From the NCBI GenBank assembly GCA_965644295.1, contig CBFFRP010000041.1, positions 288,854 through 352,853 on the forward strand: a stretch of 64,000 bases of DNA, given 5' to 3'. Below the pieces are notes generated by a model. The model saw nothing but the letters and a program-made list of their open reading frames with translations, did not search any database and was not told where the DNA came from. The translations under genes and the position numbers were made by a program. This DNA comes from Paraphysomonas bandaiensis (lineage: Eukaryota > Protista > Chrysophyceae). Of this stretch, positions 54,018-64,000 are shown piece by piece (the stretch's first letter is position 1; each line of letters opens with the position of its first letter).

Positions 54018-54904
54018 GATGTGGATATGTGTGCGGATATGTTGACAGTGTCTCTGCCTGTCTGTATACTGCTGGAGATGGTCATTTTCTACAGCGGTAA
54101 GCATTCCTCACCAAAAAACGGCAAAATCAATTTCTACCCACTGAAAAAGTTGATGAAAACCCTGGATTTTAGTGTAGAAATTTAGGTTTTTATCTCATCA
54201 TTCTTCCAGAAAGAGAGCTTCAGGAGACAGGACTGTATATTTCGTGAAGAAAAGCAATGATTTTACTGTATTTCTAGCAAGCAATAAAGAAGAAATATAG
54301 CTACAAACTGCCCCTTTGCTATCATAACGCCAGTGCACTGTATTATATTGCATGCGGATACAGCCATATACAGCTGTCTCTACGACCACTACGTGCAATA
54401 ACATAACTAGTACTTAAAGTATTAGTTCGTGAGATTGGAGATGATGCAGCGACAGCTGTGGGCGGGGTACATCACTTGCAGGCGGAGCTGTAGGAGGCAA
54501 AGTACCGCTAGACCGGACATCATTTCCTGATGAAGTTCAGCAACAGCAGGATGTATTGAATCTGCCCACTGCTGGAGTACGACGACCGGATAGGTTATCA
54601 AGAATTTTGACAGCATTCTTCTTCCTGTTGCACTTTGTATATGTATGTGATGCCTTCAAGTAAACGGGTCAAAAGCTATAAGAGATTAGTACAGAGCTCA
54701 CAACAGCATGGGTGGATCAAGGAGCGATGTTCTCTAATAAGTTTTCATCCGGTAAACGTCGACGAGATACTGCTCGAGTGTCGTACAATGAATAGCTTAA
54801 CATTTATTGAATATATATAGTGAATGTGAATATCATTAACATAGTATGCAAGTCGCGTGTGTTATCGGTTTGCCTAAAGTAATTGGAATATTCATTTTAA
54901 ATCT

Positions 54905-55790
54905 TTTTTGTGACCTGAATTGGGTTCAACAGAATGCTCATATTAGCACTGGGTAATTATAGACATTCAACTTCAATATTCGAGACAACAAACACTCACT
55001 TCTGTCGTAATTATGATATTGACAGTCATATGTATATGATTTCATAATATTATAGAGTTATAGATAAACCGCAATGATGGGACAACTCTCAAAAGCAGAT
55101 TATCACACACTCCAAGTTATATTCCATTCTTCGTCTGATGTGGAAGATCTTAATGATGTCAGTGCAAGCGATCTATCTTCATAACAACTTAACTTTGAAA
55201 CAACTTGAAAACTACATCAGGAGAGTTTAAGTGTCTTATCTGATGCTGTATAGGTGGTTAGGAGCAGTGGCACCCAGTTCTTGTTTTAGGGTTTGGGTCA
55301 CGTCGTGCTTATTAGATTGTGTGCCTTATATCATACACACAGCATTCGAATCAGGTACACCAGCAGAGGTTAAGCGTATTGTATATAATGTGATGATGAT
55401 GCTAATTAAGGTAATTAGAAGCTTCGTGCGACTACAACCTCTCAAATTTATCATCACACGTACGTGCGACTACAACCTCTCAAATTTATCATCACACTTA
55501 CGTACGAATTTCAGCACGTCGCAGTTGCTATTCTCTCTGTATCCTTCTGTGGTAGGAGTACATTTGTTGTAGCTATTATAGAAAAATAGGGAGTTTATAG
55601 TTTTGAGTTGACCAAATGCAATTGCTATTCCCTAAGTATACAGTATACATACCATTTTTTTAATGAGTTTTTTATCTCCATGCTAATCAGGGAGCACCTA
55701 TTTCCTCTGACAGCAAGCAAGCTACTAATAGCTGTATAATCTAGATATTAGGTTTTCTACATCATGAGGAAAAGTTACAATTTAACCTAG
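54905..55790 (-). repeat. Right arm of the long inverted repeat, interrupted by a ~0.5-kb insert
   Basis: GACCTGAATTGGGTTCAACAG..AATTATGATATTGACAGTCAT and AATCAGGGAGCACCTATTTCCTCT are reverse complements of 49090-49510 segments. Confidence 0.72.
55425..55500 (+). repeat. 38-bp tandem duplication
   Basis: CGTGCGACTACAACCTCTCAAATTTATCATCACAC(G/T)TA x2. Confidence 0.9.
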
Positions 55791-56268
55791 GGACATGGAG
55801 TATTTTAAATTTTAACTATGTTTACACTGTTAAAGGCTTGTGATTTTAGACATCCTCCAATTTTTTACCAGGTTTGGGTAGTACTCCGACCTCCAGTACA
55901 CAACAAAAATCTAATCTCACCAACATCAACTTTATGGGAGTGCTAGCTAAAATAACGGGGTCATTCGTTCAACAGCTTGTCCTATTTGGTTTTGTTGTTC
56001 AGTAACTGTCAGTTATGTCTTGTGATGTGAATATTCTATCTACAAGTTTGAGCTGAGAGGGAGTAATGAGTATTGCAATATTGAGCAGTTAAAGCTGCAG
56101 TTTGTGGTTTGTGGTATTCGAACAATACCCGTTACTTGAAGGATACAGTTGTCAGGTGTTCAGAGACAGTATTGTTTGAAACTTAAAACTTAATGATAGG
56201 CTACGAGCTACGAGCTACGAGAGTGTTTAGACATACTGAAATATATTGACTGCAAAATCTCGTAATAT

Positions 56269-56575
56269 TATTAATTTACGCTTTTAGTTAGTGCAATATT
56301 GACTGATTGATATTATAGGAGATATAGTAAGTTTATGATGTTGTAGCCCTGTGAGTTAGGAACCACGTCATTTACCAACATCAACATTCTGTTCTACAAA
56401 TCATATCTTTAACAGCTACTATATTTTCAGTTTCTTTGTATACTTGTAATAGCTACTCCTATACTGTAGTCATGTATATTCTGTATTTCATTGCTACATA
56501 GAATACAGGATAACTACTAGCGATTGACTTTACCAAACTTCAAGTACGCACGTAGGAGTTGGTTGTAGTTCAATA
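56269..56575 (-). repeat. 3' LTR (307 bp)
   Basis: Follows the pol stop and the PPT (GAGTGGGAG on minus, 56576-56584); reads TA...TA in element orientation. Confidence 0.93.
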
Positions 56576-56623
56576 CTCCCACTCAATGAACATATCAGAA
56601 TATACTGTGATGAGCAAGTCTAC

Positions 56624-59600
56624 TTAGTGCGATACCATAGTGTGCACATGCTGATAGTGCAGCTTCTCGGACAAGGCTTTAGTCATCACGTCTGCTGTCA
56701 TCTCTGCCGTTGGCACATGATTCAGCCTGACGATACAGCCTCCCACTTGCTCTCGAATCCAATGATACTTGATCCGAATATGCTTGGAACGTTTATGATT
56801 TACCGGGTTCTGAGCTAGATCAATCGCACTCTTGCTGTCCATATTCAAGATTGTTGGAGACGCATTCTTACTGAGCTCAAATCCACGAATTCCGAGCTCT
56901 GTCATCACCCCTCGTATCCATACAATCTCCTGAATTGCAGCATATGCAGCCATATATTCAGCTTCCATAGTCGACGTAGCCACTGTTGGCTGCAGTCTGG
57001 ACTGCCATGCAATTGGAGCACCCCACAGATATACGATATACCCTGTAGTGGATCTGCATGTATCCAGATCTCCGGCCCAATCTGCATCAGAGTACACACA
57101 TAGAGGGTCTTCATCTGTGAAATTAGGAAATATGATACCTTGATCAACTGTATTTTCTAAATACAATAAAGTATGCAGAGCAGCTTGACATGCAGCGTAC
57201 GTGGGTCTTGTGGTGAACCGGGAGAGAAGATTTACTGTATATGCCATGTCTGGTCTAGTATGCACTGCCAAATACATTAAGGCACCAATAACAGATTGAT
57301 AGGGAAATGCATCAACGTATTCTCTCTGTTTTCGAGTTTCTTCCTCTTTTGCATCCTTGGACAACTTTAGGCCAGGTGGTAGAGGTGTGGTTGCCTTGCA
57401 CCGTCTCTTCTTTTCTGACAACAAGTGATTGAATCTGGCCACAACATCTTTAGCATATGCAGACTGATGTAACTTAATCTGGCCATTATGACGCTCAATG
57501 GTAAGACCTAAATAATGCTTAAGGTCCCCCATATCTTGCATGGCATATTGAGTCTTAAAGGCGCTGATGACTTCTTCAATATGACGGCTGTCAGAGCTGA
57601 GCACAATGATATCATCTACATACACAAGTATCATATGTAGGTTATCATCAGTACCCTTGAGTACAAATAAACATGGGTCAAGAACACATTGTTTATACCC
57701 CATCGCCTTTATACTGTCCTTCAGCATTGAATGCCAATTTCGAGGCGCTTGTTTTAGGCCATACAAACTCTTCAGAATCTTCAAACAACAGCCTTGTGGA
57801 ATATCTATTCCTGCAGGTGGAGACATAAACACGTCTTCGTCCAGATCTGCATACGGAAATGCCGTTTCTACATCGAGTTGACGGAGTTGCAGATTGTATC
57901 GCAGAGCCAGTGCCAGTGCTAGCCTAAATGATACACCTTTAGCTACTGGGGAGAATGTCTCATTATAGTCGACTCCTTGTTCTTGAGTAAACCCTTTCGC
58001 CACAAGTCGAACTTTGAACTTCTTAATTTTTCCAAGATGGTCGCGCTTTACTTTAAAGACCAATTTAGATTTTATGATTTTTCGGTGTTTCGGCCTTCGG
58101 ACAATCTTCCAGCATGTCCTTCGTTCAAGCTTGTGCACCTCCTTCCTGGTAGCTTCAATCCAGTATGTTCTCTGTGGAGTCTTCTTTGCTTCTGCCAGCG
58201 TCTGTGGCTCTTTAATTGTGCTGTTGGAGGAATCAAGAAACAATGAGACATCGCCGAGGACACCAACGTTAACAATGTGCCGTTTTTTTCGAGGTCGTTT
58301 TTCAGTTCTGGGATTTCGATCTGCCCCACCTGTTGAAGATGCGCCCCGATTTGAGCGGTCAGGAGTCCTCTGTTCATTGTCACTGTCATTACAAGTCTGA
58401 TCCAACTCATTTCGCAAACTATTAAACTTGTCGGTCTGACACTTTGTAGAGTGAGTCATCTTTACTACATCTTTGATATGAATTGGAGTTTGCTCCTCGG
58501 TAGTATTTCCTTTCATATCTAATCTCCTATATGCAACAATGACTCCTCTTCTCTCTATCACTCTGGTGGTAACATAACACAGGTGTCCATCAAGATGTCT
58601 GAGGCCCACCAGGTACTGATAGTCATTTACACTCTCTGCTGTTTCTGAGGTGTCGATTTGTAGATTATCTATTTCGTCGAAATACTCCTGTGAACGCTCT
58701 GGAATTGACTCATCAAACTGTGCATTGACTGCAACAATAATAGCATTCAGGTCTGGAATATATATTTGGTGTCCAACAGGTTGTTGACATTGTCCCATAT
58801 AGTATCCAGGTTTTCCCTTTTCTTTCCACTCTTTGCGGCGCTGCTCCTTCGGCACAATAGCCCATGCCTTGCAGCCCCAGATCTTCAAGTCACTCACATC
58901 TGGTGCGGTTCCAGTAATATACTCAAAAGGTGAGATGTATCCTTTCGTTGTCTTCGTAGGTAACCTGTTGATCAGATATACAGCATGCAAGACTGCTTTG
59001 AACCAAAATACTGATGGCATGCCACTATCGAGCAATATAGCAAGGGCCATCTCCTTCACTGTACGATTAGTGCGTTCCGATAGCGAATTCATTTCGGGTG
59101 TGTCACGTGGAGTCCAAGTAACCTGTACAGTCCTTGTGCTGGTGGTTTCACGTAAGTACTGCCTGACATGTTGCCCTACTAGTTCTCCTGCGCCATCTGC
59201 ATGATATCGTCGTAGTTGCAATCCTTCTTTGACAAGTTGGGTCTCTACCATGTCCTTCATACACTTTAACACTTCACTCCCAGTCTTGTTTTTCAACCCA
59301 TAAGCCCATACATGTTTTGCATCACTGTGCTTGAATAGTAACACATGTTTGTAGCCTTCCATCGATGGCGTGTTTAGGACTTCCATCGTATCTGCACTGA
59401 GCACCCCTCTCTCCTTTGGGTTGTTGTCTAAGTTCATCAACTGGCGTGGAGTCCTGAAGTTCTTTCTCGTGAGTTTCGATCGCATGCAGGTATTACATTT
59501 GCATATCGTTTTTTTGTGTTTTTTTCTGAAATATTTCTTGTCCAGATTTATTCCATCAACTAGGCCTCGGCGGTCGGACTCAGTCAGTTTATCATAGTTG

Positions 59601-60322
59601 ACATGGCCAAGTCTTTTGTGCCATAGAATTCGCTGGTCATCAAACCCCTGCTCCTCAAGTGCTGCTGAGGATTCTTCTCCAAGCTGAAGTAAGTCTTCGA
59701 GTCGAACTGGATATAATCCATTAACACTTCTCTGTCTAATGAGTGTCTTGTTCGTAGTCTTATTTCGAATGACGACTTCATCATTATCGAACGTCACAAC
59801 ACAACCCCTATCTGTGATGCTCTTCATATCTACGAGGTTCTTACTTGCTTCAGGTGCGTAGTACACCTTTTTAAAGCTTCCTACATCGCCAACACTGTGT
59901 ATTGACAGTTTACCTTTGTTCGCTGTGGACATCTGCCTATCAGCGCGCTGAAGGTTGGTCATGTGGTTTTTGGAGGTAAGGATCATCTTGTTGCACCCGC
60001 TGTCTAAATAAATAACATCTGACATGCTCTGTGCTAGATTCACCTCTTCTTCCACACATATCATCGATTCGTATCCCGCTTCATCTTCTGAATCATGTAC
60101 AGACACTCGCGGTTTCTTCTTGTTCTTGTAGGGTGCCGTTTCCCTTCTAGAGTCTCGCCCCCGTTTAGAACTGACCACTGCAGCTTTAGCAGTCTTCAAG
60201 TGGAAGCAGTCTTTAGTCTGATGGCCTGGGATGTCACATATCTCACACACAGGTAGCTTTGTTTTGTTATCACCCCTGTTTCTGTGATCTCTATCTTTTC
60301 TCTGTGATCTTGTCCCCTTCAT
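56624..60322 (-). CDS. Copia polyprotein lacking capsid: Zn knuckle-PR-GAG-pre-IN-IN-RT-RNase H (1232 aa, uninterrupted)
   Basis: CEICDIPGHQTKDC, YLDSGC, WHKRLGH/CNTC, HADGAGE..NSLSER, RLVAKGF, SLYGLKQAPRNW, YVDD, YSDADWAG, EAEY, ADVMTK; in-frame stop 7 codons upstream of the ATG. Confidence 0.95.
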   Translation of the reverse strand: MKGTRSQRKDRDHRNRGDNKTKLPVCEICDIPGHQTKDCFHLKTAKAAVVSSKRGRDSRRETAPYKNKKKPRVSVHDSEDEAGYESMICVEEEVNLAQSMSDVIYLDSGCNKMILTSKNHMTNLQRADRQMSTANKGKLSIHSVGDVGSFKKVYYAPEASKNLVDMKSITDRGCVVTFDNDEVVIRNKTTNKTLIRQRSVNGLYPVRLEDLLQLGEESSAALEEQGFDDQRILWHKRLGHVNYDKLTESDRRGLVDGINLDKKYFRKKHKKTICKCNTCMRSKLTRKNFRTPRQLMNLDNNPKERGVLSADTMEVLNTPSMEGYKHVLLFKHSDAKHVWAYGLKNKTGSEVLKCMKDMVETQLVKEGLQLRRYHADGAGELVGQHVRQYLRETTSTRTVQVTWTPRDTPEMNSLSERTNRTVKEMALAILLDSGMPSVFWFKAVLHAVYLINRLPTKTTKGYISPFEYITGTAPDVSDLKIWGCKAWAIVPKEQRRKEWKEKGKPGYYMGQCQQPVGHQIYIPDLNAIIVAVNAQFDESIPERSQEYFDEIDNLQIDTSETAESVNDYQYLVGLRHLDGHLCYVTTRVIERRGVIVAYRRLDMKGNTTEEQTPIHIKDVVKMTHSTKCQTDKFNSLRNELDQTCNDSDNEQRTPDRSNRGASSTGGADRNPRTEKRPRKKRHIVNVGVLGDVSLFLDSSNSTIKEPQTLAEAKKTPQRTYWIEATRKEVHKLERRTCWKIVRRPKHRKIIKSKLVFKVKRDHLGKIKKFKVRLVAKGFTQEQGVDYNETFSPVAKGVSFRLALALALRYNLQLRQLDVETAFPYADLDEDVFMSPPAGIDIPQGCCLKILKSLYGLKQAPRNWHSMLKDSIKAMGYKQCVLDPCLFVLKGTDDNLHMILVYVDDIIVLSSDSRHIEEVISAFKTQYAMQDMGDLKHYLGLTIERHNGQIKLHQSAYAKDVVARFNHLLSEKKRRCKATTPLPPGLKLSKDAKEEETRKQREYVDAFPYQSVIGALMYLAVHTRPDMAYTVNLLSRFTTRPTYAACQAALHTLLYLENTVDQGIIFPNFTDEDPLCVYSDADWAGDLDTCRSTTGYIVYLWGAPIAWQSRLQPTVATSTMEAEYMAAYAAIQEIVWIRGVMTELGIRGFELSKNASPTILNMDSKSAIDLAQNPVNHKRSKHIRIKYHWIREQVGGCIVRLNHVPTAEMTADVMTKALSEKLHYQHVHTMVSH

Positions 60323-60601
60323 CCTCTTTATGACATGCTCTTATTCTAGTATATTCAGTATGTCACTTCAAGACAATGTACGAGAATACAGTGAAATATA
60401 GTGATGTACAAATGCTGTGATGATATTGAGAAACTGAAATAGTTTGATCGTACAAGATATGTTCAGTAACGAGAGGTTCGCATATGTAGGATATTATGCA
60501 GGGATTATAATGAGTTAGTGTTGGTTATCACAACTTCGTGTAAACGATATTAATAAATCTATCTAGTCTTACGACAAATTCTCTCTGTGATCTAGTGTAA
60601 A

Positions 60602-63460
60602 ATGAGCGTTTCTCAATATGGTAGCGAGCGAGGAGGAGAGAAGGAGGATAGAGGAGTAGTGCCACAGTTTAATGAGAGCAATGTTGAACAATGGATTGAA
60701 GACTTCGAAACGTTCCTCATGAGGAAAGAGCAAAGTGAAGTAGCGGTGGAGCCACCACCGAAGGAAAGCGACTTTGGGGAACAGCCACTCACGTTAATGG
60801 AGGAGAAGTCTTACAGACAGGCTGTGAAGAAGTACTGGAAGGCGAATGCCATAGCGTATTCGTACTGCAGAGAGGCAGTGCAAACATCTTCGAAGGCGCT
60901 TCAGAAATTCCATCTTCTACATAAAGGGTTCAAGGCTGATGGAAAAGGAAGCAACAGGTTTAAGGCGCATAATATTATGATTGATGAGTTGAAGAAGTGC
61001 TTTGCTGGAGGGAAGCAAAACAAGATCAGTGAGCTGTTGACTCAGTATGGATCTTTCCGTATGCGTCCGGAGGAGACTGCGAAGGACTATATAATACGGT
61101 TTGAAATACTGCTGAAAGAGCTACAGGAGCAGCAGCAGGACATATCGGAGCTCTCAAAAATAACACGGTTACGAGAAGGTCTGTTGAATGAAGAATATGC
61201 TCCTCTGAATGTTGCTTTGTACTTGATGCCTGATGATGTTGATTATGCAACATTATCAAGGAAGATAGAACGGTATGATGATACCATTCCTGGAAGGATT
61301 GCGTTAGAGCGGAAACGCAAGAAGGTGGAGGAGCTGAATTTCATTGAAAAGAGCAAACGGTCTCGAACAGAACGGGATAAGCGTAAGAAGGGCAACTGTA
61401 GATATTGCAGGAAAGAAGGAATTCCTCATAGCCATTCAACTGAACAGTGCAGGAGGAAGCAGAGGAAGAAGGATGGAGAGATATCAGGGCAGCGTCCTGG
61501 AAGTGCTGCGTATACGGGATGCAGAAATTGCAAGTCTCTGGAACATCTTGCTGCTGATTGTCCAACGACGAAGAAAAAGCATTCTAGAAGAGGAGAGAAA
61601 GGGAAGAATCATGGTAGGAAGCCGGACAAAAGGCTGCTGACAGTAGAGAATATACGGCGTGGAGAACCAGCAGAATTCTCTGATGAAGATGAAGCAAATA
61701 TGATCGAGGATGTTATGAAATTGTCATGCAATATACATGAAACGAATATATGTAGTGTGAATGATGACATGCATTATACATATATTGACACCTGCTGTTC
61801 ATCATCAATGTTCTTGATGAATGATGTGACCATGCTTGACACTCATATGAATACATCAAAGGTGATAAACGGCTCTAAGAAGGGATCAGAGATTCATATC
61901 ACAAGTGTGGGTTCCCGTGGAGCATGGAGAGACATAGAAATTTCAGATCAGATCAATCGATGCCTGTGCTCCGGACGTAAGCTGAACGAAATGGGCTATC
62001 GATTCACGGTGTGGTATGGGATCCAAATTTATGACTGTAATACTGGTGAACTGGTACTGGAGGGACCCATGAAGAATGGAATGACTGCAGTTCCAACTCA
62101 GCAGCTGTTGGAGCTTCCAGATGTGTCTACACCGAGTAATTGTGAAGTAAATCTTAGCGATAGGACTGGTGAGGACGAGCTGGAGTTGCTGCATCGGAGA
62201 GCGGGTCACTTCAACAAACATGCTTTAGTGGAGGCACATAAGAGGATGCTCATCATGGGTACAGGGTTGAAACGGAAACACCTCACAGCCAAGGTACACA
62301 AAAATCAGTGTTTGTGTGATGTGTGTGCCAGGTCTAAGATAACCCGAGTCAGCTTCCGAACGAAGGACGAGAATTCCGTTAGACCGAATTTTTCAGCAGA
62401 TATCGCTGTGTACTTAAATTGTCCTGCTAGAGGAGGTGAGAGGTATGTGTTAAAGATAACGCATCATGCCAGCAAAATGTTCTGGGCGACGGGGTTAGTC
62501 CACAGAACTGGGGAAGCGGTCTTAGAAGTCTTCAAAGAGCTATTTTTAGAGGAGATGTTAAAAGGTACAAGCTCAAGATGGAGCACTATCATGCAGATGG
62601 TGCAGGAGAATTAATCAGTGAAGAGCTGCGTCAGTATCTTAGGACACAGGAGTGCTATCAACATACATGGAGCTCAACAGACTCTCCAGAAATGAATGCC
62701 ATAGAGGAGAGGAAGTTCAGAACTGCTGGAGAGATGACTCTTGCAATGCTAATCCAATCTGGACTGCCACCGCAATTTTGGCTGGATGCATACATGGCAG
62801 CCAGATATATTTTGATTCGATTGCCAACGAAAACAGATAAAGGGTATATGTCTCCTATAGAGTTTCTAACGGGCGAGCCTCCAAATTTGAGATATCTTAG
62901 GGTATGGGGGTGTCGAACTTATGTTCTTTCACCGAAGGCGGATCGACGAAAGGATTGGGAGGATAAGGCTCTAGTTGGATATTTAATGGGTTACTCTGAT
63001 GAGAAGGTAGGATACCATGTATATCTTCCTGAATCAAACAAGGTGGTGACTACAGTCCATTCATATATTGACTGATGAGTCAACGCCATCACGATCAGAA
63101 AAGTATTTCGCAGAGATTGATGCTCTTCGAGTGCGGGAGGCCGCTAGACCCAAGCTTGCATCCGACTATGTCAGCTTAGAAGGAACGTATCATATTGATG
63201 ATGAGGACGGACTTCTGTATAAGACAACAAGAGTTGTAGAACGTAAGGGTGTGATTGTAGCATACCGTTCACTTGTTACTGCAGGTCGTGAGCATATAGA
63301 GCACCGGGTGCCTATACACGTCGCAGACGTGGTGCGTATGACTGCAGAAACCCCCGGGAATACCGGGTACATAGGAAAGGGGGACGCCCTGAGTACTACG
63401 CCAGCCAGGGAGCTGGACCAGGGAAGACCTGGAGGGTTCCAGGAGAGTCCTGACCCAACC
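60602..63460 (+). mobile_element. Inverted, 3'-truncated gag-PR-IN segment of a second Copia family (two frameshifts in IN)
   Basis: Gag (VPQFNESNVEQWIEDFETFL, RMRPEETAKDYIIRFE, CRNCKSLEHLAADC), PR YIDTCC, LLHRRAGH, HADGAGEL, LRVWGC; frameshifts near 62560 and 63065; no RT or RNase H. Confidence 0.9.
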
Positions 63461-63767
63461 TGTTAATTTACGCTTTTAGTTAGTGCAATATTGACTGATT
63501 GATATTATAGGAGATATAGTAAGTTTATGATGTTGTAGCCCTGTGAGTTAGGAACCACGTCATTTACCAACATCAACATTCTGTTCTACAAATCATATCT
63601 TTAACAGCTACTATATTTTCAGTTTCTTTGTATACTTGTAATAGCTACTCCTATACTGTAGTCATGTATATTCTGTATTTCATTGCTACATAGAATACAG
63701 GATAACTACTAGCGATTGACTTTACCAAACTTCAAGTACGCACGTAGGAGTTGGTTGTAGTTCAATA
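63461..63767 (-). repeat. 5' LTR (307 bp)
   Basis: Identical to 56269-56575 except one base (63462 G vs 56270 A); reads TA...CA in element orientation. Confidence 0.93.
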
Positions 63768-64000
63768 AATATAGAAGATATCATATATCATAATATTAAT
63801 TGGAAGTTGAGATTATATAAATCTATTGAATGACAAATAATGAGCATTGTGTGAGTTCTACGTTCAGTTACTTATGTGTATTTAACCATCCTAACGTACA
63901 AGGTGATATCGTTTAGTTTCTCCATTATTCATTGAACAATATTAGCTATCTCTCGCGCAGCAGGCTCCATATCCTTGATTCTCAAAGACACAAGTTCCTG

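Larger units (their letters stand above)
56269..63767 (-). mobile_element. Ty1/Copia LTR retrotransposon insertion unit, internally chimeric
   Basis: Two 307-bp direct LTRs differing at one base; TSD AATAT at 56264-56268 and 63768-63772; polypurine tract next to the left LTR. Confidence 0.93.

Noticed and set aside
39583-55500. CRISPR-like arrays from short tandem repeats
   Set aside because: Two-unit duplications without spacers, in a eukaryotic context with no cas genes.
60331-60601. Complete LTR plus PBS of the inner Copia (ordinary nested insertion)
   Set aside because: AT-rich with an AATAAA, but no second copy, TSD or recognisable PBS in the window.
62555-62580. Programmed ribosomal frameshift in the second Copia
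   Set aside because: No X XXY YYZ slippery heptamer, and the shift lies inside the integrase core; more likely a 1-nt loss in an A run (mutation or sequencing error).
1-64000. tRNA or rRNA genes
   Set aside because: None recognised by eye; tRNAscan-SE or Infernal would be needed to exclude small RNAs.

Overview
Eukaryotic nuclear DNA with compact genes and very short (about 44-57 nt) spliceosomal introns. The gene set (bHLH-PAS, RWP-RK, NHL/LCCL/EGF membrane protein) suggests a stramenopile, probably an ochrophyte/chrysophyte-like protist; this is an inference. About 14 host genes can be assembled by hand: partial bHLH-PAS factor, POP5, CDK9/12-like kinase, SnoaL-like protein, exostosin-like glycosyltransferase, giant NHL-LCCL-EGF type I membrane protein, an unknown 448-aa protein, PFK-2/FBPase-2, an unknown spliced protein, USP9/24/34-like deubiquitinase, an acylated pseudokinase, RWP-RK factor, FMN reductase-like protein and a TPR-GT41 glycosyltransferase. 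There is also a frameshifted SET pseudogene and several transposon relics. The most striking structure is a 7.5-kb Copia unit (56269-63767) with two 307-bp LTRs differing at one base and a 5-bp AATAT target-site duplication. Inside it, a capsid-less but otherwise intact pol on the minus strand sits head-to-head with an inverted gag-PR-IN segment from a different Copia family, and that segment joins the 5' LTR exactly where the primer-binding site should be.
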